Positions 1 through 9,063 of a DNA stretch of 64,000 nucleotides are shown one piece after another. The stretch is taken from IMG/VR virus record IMGVR_UViG_3300030090_003111, positions 3,406-67,405 of that record; one strand, 5' to 3'. Numbering within the stretch: position 1 is the stretch's first letter; every line of letters begins with the position of its first letter. Under the pieces are notes generated by a model. The model saw only the letters and a list, made by a program, of their open reading frames with translations, made no database searches and had not been told where the DNA came from. This stretch comes from a virus (Duplodnaviria; Caudoviricetes). The position numbers were made by a program, and so were the translations under genes.

Positions 1-22
1 CCCTGCTACGTTTTACTATTAT

Positions 23-331
23 ATGACAACAACAGCAAAAATAGCATTAGAATGTGAAAACATAAAAACACTTCTCTTAGAGAAGAATGCAAACTATGGC
101 AACAGTGCATTAGAGCCTCTGAATGTATTCAGTAAGCTCGATGCAGCAGAGGCTATTCAGGCACGAATTGATGATAAATTGGCTCGAATAAGCAATAAAG
201 GGCTCAATGATGCAACAGAGGATACTCTAGATGACTTGATAGGTTATCTAATCCTTCTCAAAATAGCCAGAGGGGGAGCTTCAATGGAGCCTAAAGGCCG
301 TATTGAAGTAGACATAGGAGCATCAGCATGA
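23..331 (+). CDS. DUF1599 / nucleotide-modification-associated domain 1-like protein
   Basis: Pattern KNANYGNS...RIDDKLARI...EDTLDDLIGYLIL is typical of this small helical phage family; ATGA overlap with next gene. Confidence 0.65.
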   Translation: MTTTAKIALECENIKTLLLEKNANYGNSALEPLNVFSKLDAAEAIQARIDDKLARISNKGLNDATEDTLDDLIGYLILLKIARGGASMEPKGRIEVDIGASA

Positions 332-1338
332 TTACGCTGCCCGATGGAGCCAAATGGGAACCCTCTTTTATGAGGTTGAGCCCTAGTAAGATTAATACAT
401 ACCATAAATGTCCTAGAGAGTTTTATTACAAGTATATAGCTCAGATGCCCGAAAAGAAAACAATACACTTATTTCGTGGAACCTTAGTGCATGCTGTACT
501 AGAAGACCTTTTCAAGAAGCAATTTCGTAATTTTACGGCTTGGGAGAAGGGAGACCCTTCCGCTTGGATGGAAGAACAGTTCCAGACTAGGTGGGCTAAG
601 GATATAGACAGTAAGACTTGGCTGCTTGAATTACACACCGCGGACGAAATGGCAGCCATGAAGCTTGAAACACAGGAATTATTACAAAATTTTGTAGGTT
701 CTGTCGATAAAAAGCTTAACGAAATGGTGACTTGGAAGATTTATAAGTCAAAATGGCAAGCATGGAACTCTGTAGCGCCAAAATATGCTGAAAAATGGGT
801 AAAATCCAAGGATTATGCTGTAATAGGGATAGTGGATGCTGTCTGTTCCGACTTTGATGGAGGAACTACTCTTCTGGATTACAAGACTTCTAAGCGATAT
901 GGACCATATCTACCAGAAGATTATTACAGACAGCTTATAATTTACGCATTTTTATACACTTTGGAGATGGGAGAGATGCCAAATTTCGTAGGTGTTAGCT
1001 ATTTACGCTTTGATGACACGTTTTATGTGAAAGTCAACCAAGGTGTTTTAGATGAAGCGAAAGAAGTTATCATGTATGTTCACGATTGTTTGAAAGAAAG
1101 GATGAAAGATGAGGATAAATATGAGCAAAAACCACAAAATTTATGTAAATGGTGTTCTTTTTACGTCGGAAATGGAGGACCATGTGACGTACAGCTACCA
1201 AAATGGAAGCCAAAAGGTAAAAGTTACACCAAAAAGTCAAATGTGAAAGCTGTTAACGCCATAATTGACGACGATATAGTAGATAATTTGCCTCAAGAAG
1301 GCGAAGGTGAGAAAAATACTGTCTGGCCGGAGGATTAA
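328..1338 (+). CDS. Cas4/RecB-like PD-(D/E)xK exonuclease with probable 4Fe-4S cluster
   Basis: LSPSKINTYHKCPREFYY, GIVDAV...LLDYKTS, QLIIYA, and C-terminal CKWCSFYVGNGGPC give the 1+3 Cys arrangement. Confidence 0.85.
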   Translation: MITLPDGAKWEPSFMRLSPSKINTYHKCPREFYYKYIAQMPEKKTIHLFRGTLVHAVLEDLFKKQFRNFTAWEKGDPSAWMEEQFQTRWAKDIDSKTWLLELHTADEMAAMKLETQELLQNFVGSVDKKLNEMVTWKIYKSKWQAWNSVAPKYAEKWVKSKDYAVIGIVDAVCSDFDGGTTLLDYKTSKRYGPYLPEDYYRQLIIYAFLYTLEMGEMPNFVGVSYLRFDDTFYVKVNQGVLDEAKEVIMYVHDCLKERMKDEDKYEQKPQNLCKWCSFYVGNGGPCDVQLPKWKPKGKSYTKKSNVKAVNAIIDDDIVDNLPQEGEGEKNTVWPED

Positions 1339-1955
1339 TGAGTAAATTCTTCATAGAAATAGGAACTTCCGACTTTGATACGCTAATTCCACTAGCTAAA
1401 GGTGGTTGGAAAGGTATTTTTGTGGAGCCAGTTGAGTATTTGTTAGATAATTTAGAGAGAATAGATGGTTGTGAGTATGTAAATGCTGCAATTACAGCCC
1501 ATACAGGTAAAACTACCATAAATTACCACTCTAACCCAGAGGAAGAATGGCATAAAGGTATAGGTTATGTCACTGATAAGAATATAATCGGTGACTTTAT
1601 ACCTCATTCTCACGAACCAGCCAAGCCTTCTAACTATTTTTGGCGTAATAATTTCGAAAATGTTACTAAAAAAGCTGTTGATTGTATGACTTTAGATAAA
1701 TTAATCGAAAAATATGACGTAAAAGAGATAGATTTCTTAAAAATAGACGTAGAAGGCATGGAACATACCATTCTTCACTCATATAGTTGGAAAATTAAAC
1801 CAAAAATCATGAAAATTGAGACAAAATGGGTGTATCGTGACGAAGATGACGTAGTTCATGGTGAGAATCTCATAGAGACTTGGCGCTCTCGTCTAGTAGA
1901 GTTAGGATACCTAGTTTACGAAGAAGATAGCGATTGGTACTGTTTATTGATATAA
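1338..1955 (+). CDS. FkbM-family SAM-dependent methyltransferase
   Basis: FIEIGT, IFVEPV, VNAAIT, TLDKLIEKYDVKEIDFLKIDVEGME motifs; TAATG coupling. Confidence 0.8.
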   Translation: MSKFFIEIGTSDFDTLIPLAKGGWKGIFVEPVEYLLDNLERIDGCEYVNAAITAHTGKTTINYHSNPEEEWHKGIGYVTDKNIIGDFIPHSHEPAKPSNYFWRNNFENVTKKAVDCMTLDKLIEKYDVKEIDFLKIDVEGMEHTILHSYSWKIKPKIMKIETKWVYRDEDDVVHGENLIETWRSRLVELGYLVYEEDSDWYCLLI

Positions 1956-1961
1956 AATAGG

Positions 1962-1975
1962 GAAAGCTTTATATA
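1962..1975 (+). promoter_or_regulatory. Archaeal BRE-TATA promoter (GAAAGCTTTATATA), near-leaderless start at 1999
   Basis: Exact copy of the genome-wide motif, 23 nt before ATG. Confidence 0.8.
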
Positions 1976-1998
1976 GGTGCATCGCATAAAGTATAGAT

Positions 1999-2946
1999 AT
2001 GGCGCGCGATGATTATGGTGCTATTTCCGTAATCTCTGATGATGAACGAGAAGCATTGGGATTAGGAGGTAGAAAACCTGACGAAGAAGAAGGTCTTTTT
2101 GAAACTATAGGCAAAGCAGGTGATAAACTAGGTGAAACACAACTAGGTAAGAAACTTGGGTCTATACTTACAGTTTTAATTTTAGCATTTTTTGGTAGTG
2201 GGGCCGACATAAGCGCGTTAGATGACCTTTTCGGAGGAGAGGAAGAGCCTGTGTCAAAGGGTGGATGCATGGACGTTACAGCTATCAACTACAAAGCTGA
2301 TGCTACGTTTGATAACGGTAGTTGTGTATTCCCTCCTCCTGTTATTTACGGTTGTACGAACCCAGAAGCAGACAATTATAACCCACAAGCTACTCATGAC
2401 AACGGCAGGTGTCAATTTCTTGGTGGACCAGTAGATAATGGTACAGGAAATCAAACACAAACTAACGAAACAGTATATGGTTGTATGGATATAGAGGCCA
2501 ATAATTACAATGATAGAGCTGAAGAAGACGATGGCAGTTGTGAGTATGAGGAATATGAATGTATGCCTAATGCAACTTATTTTTATAATGGTTTACAATA
2601 TGGAAACTATTCTAGAGAAGAAAACTCTTTAAATATCACAGTAGATATCGACACTGATTGTGACCAAGAAACTCTACCTGTATTGGTATACTATGACGTA
2701 GGTCATATAAAAGTCGAAGACAATGAAACAGTATGGAACGGTTATATGTATAATAACTATTTCTTTAACGTAACAGGATGGGAAAGTAACGAATATGAAC
2801 TAAGTTCTGGTCCAGAATACTTTACAGAACCTTATACTGGATGGTATATCGTTTATGTAAATTTATATGCTGACTGGGATTATGATGGAGTGTACGATTA
2901 CGTAAACTACTTTATCATAGACGAAATAGTTCTGGAGGAACCATGA
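1999..2946 (+). CDS. Membrane-anchored acidic protein with three GC(T/M)DxxAxNYxxxAxxDxGxC repeats
   Basis: One TM segment (ILTVLILAFFG); repeats at 2263-2541; Tyr/Asp-rich beta-type C-terminus. Confidence 0.75.
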   Translation: MARDDYGAISVISDDEREALGLGGRKPDEEEGLFETIGKAGDKLGETQLGKKLGSILTVLILAFFGSGADISALDDLFGGEEEPVSKGGCMDVTAINYKADATFDNGSCVFPPPVIYGCTNPEADNYNPQATHDNGRCQFLGGPVDNGTGNQTQTNETVYGCMDIEANNYNDRAEEDDGSCEYEEYECMPNATYFYNGLQYGNYSREENSLNITVDIDTDCDQETLPVLVYYDVGHIKVEDNETVWNGYMYNNYFFNVTGWESNEYELSSGPEYFTEPYTGWYIVYVNLYADWDYDGVYDYVNYFIIDEIVLEEP

Positions 2947-2949
2947 GCG

Positions 2950-3537
2950 ATGGAGGAACTAATAACAATTCTGGAAATACTTGCAGTTACACTAGCCGTG
3001 TTGACGACGGGTATTTTTGGTATTATATTTCTGAAGATGATAGCGAATTTACTATCACCATTAAGATTAGGAGCCCTGATTCACAGCGCGCCAAAGATTG
3101 TGAAGAAGGACAAACCAAAGAAGACGAAGAAGACAAGGAGGACTGAAAGAATGAGTAAAGACACAGCAAGTGAAGGAGTTACATTCAACGACATCTTTAT
3201 GTTTATGATAGCTGTACCTTTAGTTTTACTATGGGTAGGTTTTGCAGGATTCGTTATACACAGCGGATTACAAGATGACTCTGTTCTTGAACAAATCGAA
3301 GGTTATACAACGTTGATAGCTATATTAGGTGGGCCAGCCCTTCTAATTATCAAGGATGCTTTAGATGTTTGGAAACAAGAACAAGCAGAAAAGACAGCTT
3401 TCTATAAGGTAAAGGCTCAAGCAGTTATTGATTACAACGATGCAGCTCAAAAGCAAATGCAGCAGATTGAAGCTAATGCACAAGCACAAGAGCATAAGAT
3501 GGAATCAGCAACTATAGTAACAGCCAAAAAGAAGTAA
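2950..3537 (+). CDS. Membrane protein (about 3 TM segments) with coiled-coil C-terminus
   Basis: Hydrophobic stretches, basic linker, Gln/Ala-rich tail; good codon usage. Confidence 0.65.
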   Translation: MEELITILEILAVTLAVLTTGIFGIIFLKMIANLLSPLRLGALIHSAPKIVKKDKPKKTKKTRRTERMSKDTASEGVTFNDIFMFMIAVPLVLLWVGFAGFVIHSGLQDDSVLEQIEGYTTLIAILGGPALLIIKDALDVWKQEQAEKTAFYKVKAQAVIDYNDAAQKQMQQIEANAQAQEHKMESATIVTAKKK

Positions 3538-3542
3538 ATGAC

Positions 3543-3556
3543 GTAAGCTTTATATA
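3543..3556 (+). promoter_or_regulatory. BRE-TATA promoter (GTAAGCTTTATATA) upstream of a candidate small RNA
   Basis: Motif match; no credible ORF before the next promoter at 3646. Confidence 0.65.
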
Positions 3557-3575
3557 GTCTTACGCCGTATTAATA

Positions 3576-3641
3576 TTGTGGCTCTCACAAGACCACGAAC
3601 CCATTGGATACTTACGCAAAATGCGTCTCCGAGGGCCACAA
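3576..3641 (+). ncRNA. Candidate ~65-nt structured small RNA
   Basis: TTGTGGCTCTC (3576-3586) pairs with GAGGGCCACAA (3631-3641; one G-U); internal ACGCA-AAA-TGCGT hairpin; starts at the expected TSS of the 3543 promoter. Confidence 0.4.
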
Positions 3642-3645
3642 CAAC

Positions 3646-3659
3646 GAAAGCTTTATATA
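3646..3659 (+). promoter_or_regulatory. BRE-TATA promoter of the terminase operon
   Basis: Exact GAAAGCTTTATATA; AGGTGA RBS before ATG 3695. Confidence 0.8.
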
Positions 3660-3694
3660 GTCCTTTATGATTATATAATAACAGGTGAATACCT

Positions 3695-4117
3695 ATGGCA
3701 AACGAAACAAATAACAACACAGCAACCAACGAAACCAATGAGGGTAACCTCACTGCTATCTTGGACACTGTAGAAGAATCAGGTTTGTTAGACACTCTAA
3801 TGGATGAACCATTACTAATGGCTTTAGCTGCTTTAGTATTAGGTATGGGCGGTTATATCGCTTATACTGTACCAGCAGTCAAAATGTTAGTCTTTAAATA
3901 CTTAAAGAACAACGAAGCTGAGTTAATGGACTTATTAGACAAGAATCTAACCAAAGCCCAAATGAAAGCCTTTGACAAATTAGATGAGCAAGCTAAAATA
4001 CACGTCAAAGATTCTTTAGTCCGTAACGTATTAGTTACCGCTTGGGACGAAAAGGATGACGAGTTGGCTGGCTTAGTTAAATCTAAAGTTAAGGCTGCTC
4101 TCGATGAAAATAAGTGA
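3695..4117 (+). CDS. Single-TM membrane protein, hypothetical
   Basis: N-glycosylation-like NET/NNT repeats at N-terminus, TM LLMALAALVLGMGGYIAY, helical tail; AGGTGA RBS. Confidence 0.7.
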   Translation: MANETNNNTATNETNEGNLTAILDTVEESGLLDTLMDEPLLMALAALVLGMGGYIAYTVPAVKMLVFKYLKNNEAELMDLLDKNLTKAQMKAFDKLDEQAKIHVKDSLVRNVLVTAWDEKDDELAGLVKSKVKAALDENK

Positions 4118-4455
4118 TGGACGTCGAGGGATACGAAGCGCGTCTTCGCGAGAGGGTAGGAGAAGCTGAATATGCTAGGCATAAAGAGCTTGTCCGCCTT
4201 CTGGCACGCAATCTTGCTCTTGAAGACTTGCTTTGGCAAGAAATTTCTGTACATATTCGGGATGTTGACGCACGAACAGAGCTCTTGCGACAAAGAAACT
4301 CGGTTGTACGTGATATTCATACTGAGTTCCGTGCTCTTAATATAGAAGTTCCAACTGTAACTGAAAAGAATACAGAGAACTTTATGGCAATGTTGAGTGA
4401 TTTAGATGACAATCCCAGTGAAGAACGAACAGAAGAAGCTGAACGCAGCGATTAG
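4117..4455 (+). CDS. Putative terminase small subunit
   Basis: Small helical protein immediately upstream of and overlapping TerL; position-based; TGATG coupling gives ATG at 4117. Confidence 0.55.
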   Translation: MDVEGYEARLRERVGEAEYARHKELVRLLARNLALEDLLWQEISVHIRDVDARTELLRQRNSVVRDIHTEFRALNIEVPTVTEKNTENFMAMLSDLDDNPSEERTEEAERSD

Positions 4456-6070
4456 TGGAAGACTAGCACACGATTCTAGAGCTCTAGAGGACGTGTTCGA
4501 GAAGTGTAGATTAGATGAAAAGAAAATGACGCTCCTTGTTAGGGCATTTTGTGAGGCATATCTTATTGACCAAGCAAGAAGGCCACTTAAGTTAAGACCA
4601 TTACAAGAAAGAATTGTAGTAGCTTGTCTTACACACCCATCCAGTAACCCCGCAAAACACAGAAAACTAGCAATATTGGCTCCACGTGGTAGTGGCAAGT
4701 CCTATGCTTTATCTGTTGCTGTGGTTATATATATGTTTTTTAAAAGATTCAGAGATTTAGTATTTGTTTTGGCTCCATCTGAGGACCAAGCTTCATTAAT
4801 CTTTAACTATTGTTATAGACATTTTGCTGATAATGAGTTCTTGGGGAGCTTAATTGACCATTATAGATTCCATAACAAGCCTAATATCACAATGAAGGGA
4901 GGTACGGTGCTACGTAGAGCCCCTATTGCTGCTTCTAATCAAGGACAAGCAATACGAGGACAGCATCCTACTTTCTTAGTAGTAGATGAAAGCCCATTGA
5001 TTGATGATAAGTTATTCATTGATAATGTAGAACCTTCCATATTATCTAATAAGGCTCCATTTATCAACTTGGGAACTCCAAAGAGCAAAGAGAACCACAT
5101 GTATAGATATCTTTATGACGAAGATTATGAAGATTCATTTGAAAGATTACACTTTACATGGAGAGATGCTGTAAAGAAGGGTAGAGCCTACGCACCTCCT
5201 TATGATGAAGAAGATATGTTACAGAAGATGACAGAATGGGGAGAAGACTCTATATATTGGAGAACAGAATATGAGTGCCAGTTTGTAGAATCAACGAGTA
5301 ATATATTCAACCCCGAAATACTTAAGAAATGTTTTATTGACCAACAGTTTGCTGAATATGGTACACCATACCCTAACTGTGTTGTAGGTGTAGATATAGG
5401 TAAATCTGTGAATTCTACTGTTATTAGTGTATGGGCTAATGAAAAAAATGATGAAGGTAATATTGCAAATCTAATTTACTTAGAAGAGATAGGACCAAAG
5501 ACAGGAGGTCATGATATACCGTATCAACGTAAACGTATAATGGATGTAGCTACCAATTTTGGAGCAAAAAGAGTAATTATTGACGCTACAGGTATAGGTG
5601 GTGCTATTGAACAAGATATAAGAGTAGACTGCATACAAGCAGAAATACATTTTATACCTTTCGTATTTACAGGAGGACCGAAGGGTACTAAAACACAGGT
5701 CTACAGAGACCTAGTGTCATACGTCCAACAAGGTCAAGTTAAGGTACCAAACCCTAAATACCTACCCCCAAACGATGCAAAACTAGTGAATAAGTGGTAT
5801 AAAGAACATGTAAATCTAGAATATACAATGGATGCAGCCAATAAAACAGAAAAGATAGCTGCACCAGATGGTAAACATGATGACTATTGTGATAGCTCTG
5901 TGATAGGAATACATGCCTGTTTAGGTATGTTACCACCCGAATCATCGTTCGCATCAGTGAATATTAACCGTTCTACACACATTCCAGCCAAGAAAACAGC
6001 ATCAGGGCCTGTTTTTGGTAAAACTACGAGAAATTTCAAGGTTAATAAGCACTCTCCGGGCGGAATTTAG
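4406..6070 (+). CDS. terL: Terminase large subunit
   Basis: Walker A APRGSGKS, Walker B LVVDESP, GTP coupling motif, RNase H-like nuclease GVDIG...IDATG...HDDYCDS. Confidence 0.95.
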   Translation: MTIPVKNEQKKLNAAISGRLAHDSRALEDVFEKCRLDEKKMTLLVRAFCEAYLIDQARRPLKLRPLQERIVVACLTHPSSNPAKHRKLAILAPRGSGKSYALSVAVVIYMFFKRFRDLVFVLAPSEDQASLIFNYCYRHFADNEFLGSLIDHYRFHNKPNITMKGGTVLRRAPIAASNQGQAIRGQHPTFLVVDESPLIDDKLFIDNVEPSILSNKAPFINLGTPKSKENHMYRYLYDEDYEDSFERLHFTWRDAVKKGRAYAPPYDEEDMLQKMTEWGEDSIYWRTEYECQFVESTSNIFNPEILKKCFIDQQFAEYGTPYPNCVVGVDIGKSVNSTVISVWANEKNDEGNIANLIYLEEIGPKTGGHDIPYQRKRIMDVATNFGAKRVIIDATGIGGAIEQDIRVDCIQAEIHFIPFVFTGGPKGTKTQVYRDLVSYVQQGQVKVPNPKYLPPNDAKLVNKWYKEHVNLEYTMDAANKTEKIAAPDGKHDDYCDSSVIGIHACLGMLPPESSFASVNINRSTHIPAKKTASGPVFGKTTRNFKVNKHSPGGI

Positions 6071-6071
6071 C

Positions 6072-6085
6072 GAAAGCTTTATATA
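6072..6085 (+). promoter_or_regulatory. BRE-TATA promoter of head operon
   Basis: Exact motif directly after TerL stop. Confidence 0.8.
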
Positions 6086-6114
6086 CTGCCGCGTATTATA
6101 TTTATACGATAGCT

Positions 6115-7386
6115 ATGGCTCTAAGAGATTATTGGCCTTTCAATAGGCGGAGTTTCGCAACTAAAGGGACTAATCCACCGTTCACTAAGGATAATCCACG
6201 CTCCTTCGGAGATGGAGTAATACGCCGGATTCAATTGCAGTCCAATGCCTTCGGGCGTGGTGATGCGATGAAAGAACCGCAGGTTGGCGATTATCGAACG
6301 TACATGAATGTGTATTTGTCGGACCCTATAGTAAGAACTCTGATAGATTTGCCATGTCTCTACGCCTCTAAGGACGGATACGACATCGTAACGGACAGTG
6401 ATGAGGAACGCCAAGCTATCACCCAGCTTTTTGATAGTATAAATATAGAACAACTTATATATTCATGGCTACGTAATGGTAGAATCTTTGGTACATCCTA
6501 TCTAGAATGGACTGGAGATAACCTAGTGCTACGTTCATCTCAAAATATGTATGTACAAAGAGATGAGAGTGGACAAATCATGTATTATTATCAAGATTTG
6601 GGAGATGATAAGGAGTCCATAAGATTTGAAGAAGATGAAATCATTGAGTACAAGAACAATCCGTTTGATGATTATGCCTATGGCTTATCTGATATACACC
6701 CTATTCTTTATCTCATTGACCTTAAAGATTATGCAGAGCGCGACATCGGTGCGGCTCTTAATAAATACGCTAATAGTCGTTTCGATATTAGTGCTGGTTT
6801 ACCTGATATGCCTTATGGACCAGATAAAATCAACGAAATAGTAAGTGCCTTCAACGGTTTAGAACCCGGTGAAGATATTATACATGGTAATGATATAACA
6901 GTAAAGGAATTACAAGGAACTCAAAGAGCATTCGAATATGGTAAGTATACGGATGATATTATGAATAAAATAGCAATAGCTATGAAAGTTCCTATGACTA
7001 TGTGGGATAAGCCTGAACAGGCACGTCCTATATTTGAACCATATGTAAGACATTTACAATCTGCTATAGAAGCATCTATTAATTCACAACTGATGCCTCA
7101 AGTAGGTTCTGGAGATGCCTTATTTAGATTCCGTCAAATGAATGTCGATGATGCTTTCTTGAAAGCTAAGACTGATATGATATACCTTTCAGAGGGAGTT
7201 CTTTCACCTCAAGAGGTTAGAATGGAAAGAGGTTTAAACCCAGATGGAGTGGTAGAACAGCAAGAGACTGCAAAGAATGCCAACATATCTGGAGGTAGAG
7301 ACCAAGATAAGACAGAAGAAACAGAAAGAACAGAGAACCGCGCTGGTAACGAACCAAGCGCTAATACTACGGGGGACAGAGAATGA
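6115..7386 (+). CDS. Portal protein
   Basis: Position after TerL, size, YAYGLSDIHP and C-terminal GVLSPQEVRMERGL motifs. Confidence 0.9.
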   Translation: MALRDYWPFNRRSFATKGTNPPFTKDNPRSFGDGVIRRIQLQSNAFGRGDAMKEPQVGDYRTYMNVYLSDPIVRTLIDLPCLYASKDGYDIVTDSDEERQAITQLFDSINIEQLIYSWLRNGRIFGTSYLEWTGDNLVLRSSQNMYVQRDESGQIMYYYQDLGDDKESIRFEEDEIIEYKNNPFDDYAYGLSDIHPILYLIDLKDYAERDIGAALNKYANSRFDISAGLPDMPYGPDKINEIVSAFNGLEPGEDIIHGNDITVKELQGTQRAFEYGKYTDDIMNKIAIAMKVPMTMWDKPEQARPIFEPYVRHLQSAIEASINSQLMPQVGSGDALFRFRQMNVDDAFLKAKTDMIYLSEGVLSPQEVRMERGLNPDGVVEQQETAKNANISGGRDQDKTEETERTENRAGNEPSANTTGDRE

Positions 7387-8639
7387 GCGAATACGAATAC
7401 GAGCGCTGTATAATAGACGTAGCAGCTACACTTAAAAATCGTGGAGCTGAAAACTACGAAGAGACTGCGGCTAAAATGTGCCGCATGAGGGTAGATGAAG
7501 TCAAGACTGAAAGAAGTTTTGCTATGGATTCTGCCGGGGACCGAGAAAATAAAAGGAGTTTTGCTCCTACTATTGGTGAGATTACAAATACGGATGACTA
7601 CTTAGAATTCCCAGTAATCGCTATCACGTCGGGACCCCACGACGAAGATGGTGACCAAAAGGTTTTCATAGAACCATCCATCTTGGAAGAAAATATAAAA
7701 GCTTTTGAAACTCTTCCAGTATACTATAATCATCAAAGAACTGACGATGACCTCTTAGGCACGGCTATCAACCCCAAAATCGTCAAACTTGAAGATGGAA
7801 AGTCAGCAATTGAAATGTTGGCACGTATACACAGAGAGTCCGCAAAGGCAAGTGAAGTGTTAGAGAAATTGGAGAACGGTAACATGACGCATGTAAGTAT
7901 AGACTGGTTATCCAAAGACGTTGACGTCCTAGGTGAGCCATTCGCTACTGACATACGCCCTGTAGAGGTGAGCTTCATTGATAATGAGACTCGCACACCC
8001 GTTTGTGAAGCATGTACAATTGATAAAGGAGAGGAATGCAACGAACACCGTGAATTCGGTGAAAAAGATTCAGACTGTGGCTGTGGTGGCCACGAAGAAG
8101 AATCATGTGCCTGTGAAACACACGGGACAACCAGCGAGGAAATAACTATGGCTGAAGAAGTAAAAAACGTAGAAGACTCTGGAGCTGAAACACTTGTAGA
8201 GCGTGAATTCGCCGCTATGAGAACTCAGCTTGAAGAGATGAAAACTTCATACGAAGAATTGAACAGCAAGCACGAAGAAGCCCTCGCTATGATTACCAAA
8301 TTTGAAGAAGAGAAGGAAGTAAGAGCAGCTGAAGAAGCAAAGCTCAGAATTTCTAACTTCGTCAACACAATCATAGAGAAAGAAGCTGTCTTAGGTAAAG
8401 TCGATGACGAATCTAAGGAAGCACGTGCTGAGGAACTCACTTCTTGGGATGAGGTTAAGCTAGAAGGTTTCTCCATCGCCATGGAGTCTATGCCAGTACC
8501 AGAAGAATCCGAAAGGACCTTCGGTAAAGGTAAAGCCCACAGTGATGAAGAAAAGCCAGTGGAAGCTGAAGCAGAAGAAAAACCACGCATGTTTGCGATG
8601 GAAAACGGACGCATCGTTTTCACAGGAGAAGAAAAATAG
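7383..8639 (+). CDS. Prohead protease fused to scaffolding domain
   Basis: Protease core (PVYYNH, HVSI, VEVSFIDN..P...A), Cys/His linker, acidic coiled-coil C-terminal half. Confidence 0.85.
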   Translation: MSEYEYERCIIDVAATLKNRGAENYEETAAKMCRMRVDEVKTERSFAMDSAGDRENKRSFAPTIGEITNTDDYLEFPVIAITSGPHDEDGDQKVFIEPSILEENIKAFETLPVYYNHQRTDDDLLGTAINPKIVKLEDGKSAIEMLARIHRESAKASEVLEKLENGNMTHVSIDWLSKDVDVLGEPFATDIRPVEVSFIDNETRTPVCEACTIDKGEECNEHREFGEKDSDCGCGGHEEESCACETHGTTSEEITMAEEVKNVEDSGAETLVEREFAAMRTQLEEMKTSYEELNSKHEEALAMITKFEEEKEVRAAEEAKLRISNFVNTIIEKEAVLGKVDDESKEARAEELTSWDEVKLEGFSIAMESMPVPEESERTFGKGKAHSDEEKPVEAEAEEKPRMFAMENGRIVFTGEEK

Positions 8640-8649
8640 GTGATGAAAT

Positions 8650-9048
8650 ATGGCAGCAGGAATTAACATATTAGTTAACGACGGTGGCGCACCAGCTCGT
8701 GTTATGAAGTTAGGTAACGCAGGAGCAGACTTAGATGCAGGAACTATTGTTGAGTTCAACAGTAGTGGAGCAATCGTAGCAGCAACTGAAGACTTACCTT
8801 CATACTTAAACGCAGCTGTTGGTGTACTTTTTGTCGATGCAACGTCTGGAGACCCAGCATCCGTTATTACCGGTAAAGGAGCAGTTGTTTTCTTGAAAGC
8901 AACAGGAACCATTGCCGCAGGTGATGCACTAGGTCACAGCGCAGCAGGATTAGCAAAAGCTAAAACATCCGCAGACGAAAGGTTCGCTATTGCTCTAGAA
9001 GCAAAAAGCGCTACACACACAGATTTCGTAAAGGCACTCTTACTATAG
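8650..9048 (+). CDS. Capsid decoration/cement protein
   Basis: Small Ala/Gly-rich beta protein between protease and MCP; AGGTGA RBS. Confidence 0.7.
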   Translation: MAAGINILVNDGGAPARVMKLGNAGADLDAGTIVEFNSSGAIVAATEDLPSYLNAAVGVLFVDATSGDPASVITGKGAVVFLKATGTIAAGDALGHSAAGLAKAKTSADERFAIALEAKSATHTDFVKALLL

Positions 9049-9063
9049 GTATAAGGTGAAAAA

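Noticed and set aside
328-1338. CRISPR-Cas locus suggested by the Cas4-like gene
   Set aside because: No cas1/cas2 or repeat-spacer array anywhere in the window.
2943-3146. Alternate-frame 67-aa ORF overlapping 2950-3537
   Set aside because: Fully nested in a better ORF with TM segments; both cannot be supported.
3576-3641. tRNA interpretation of the small stem-closed element
   Set aside because: Too short, no D/T loops, no CCA or discriminator context.
3576-3773. 65-aa ORF from the track starting at TTG
   Set aside because: Start lies at or before the predicted TSS, crosses a promoter and overlaps the real gene at 3695.
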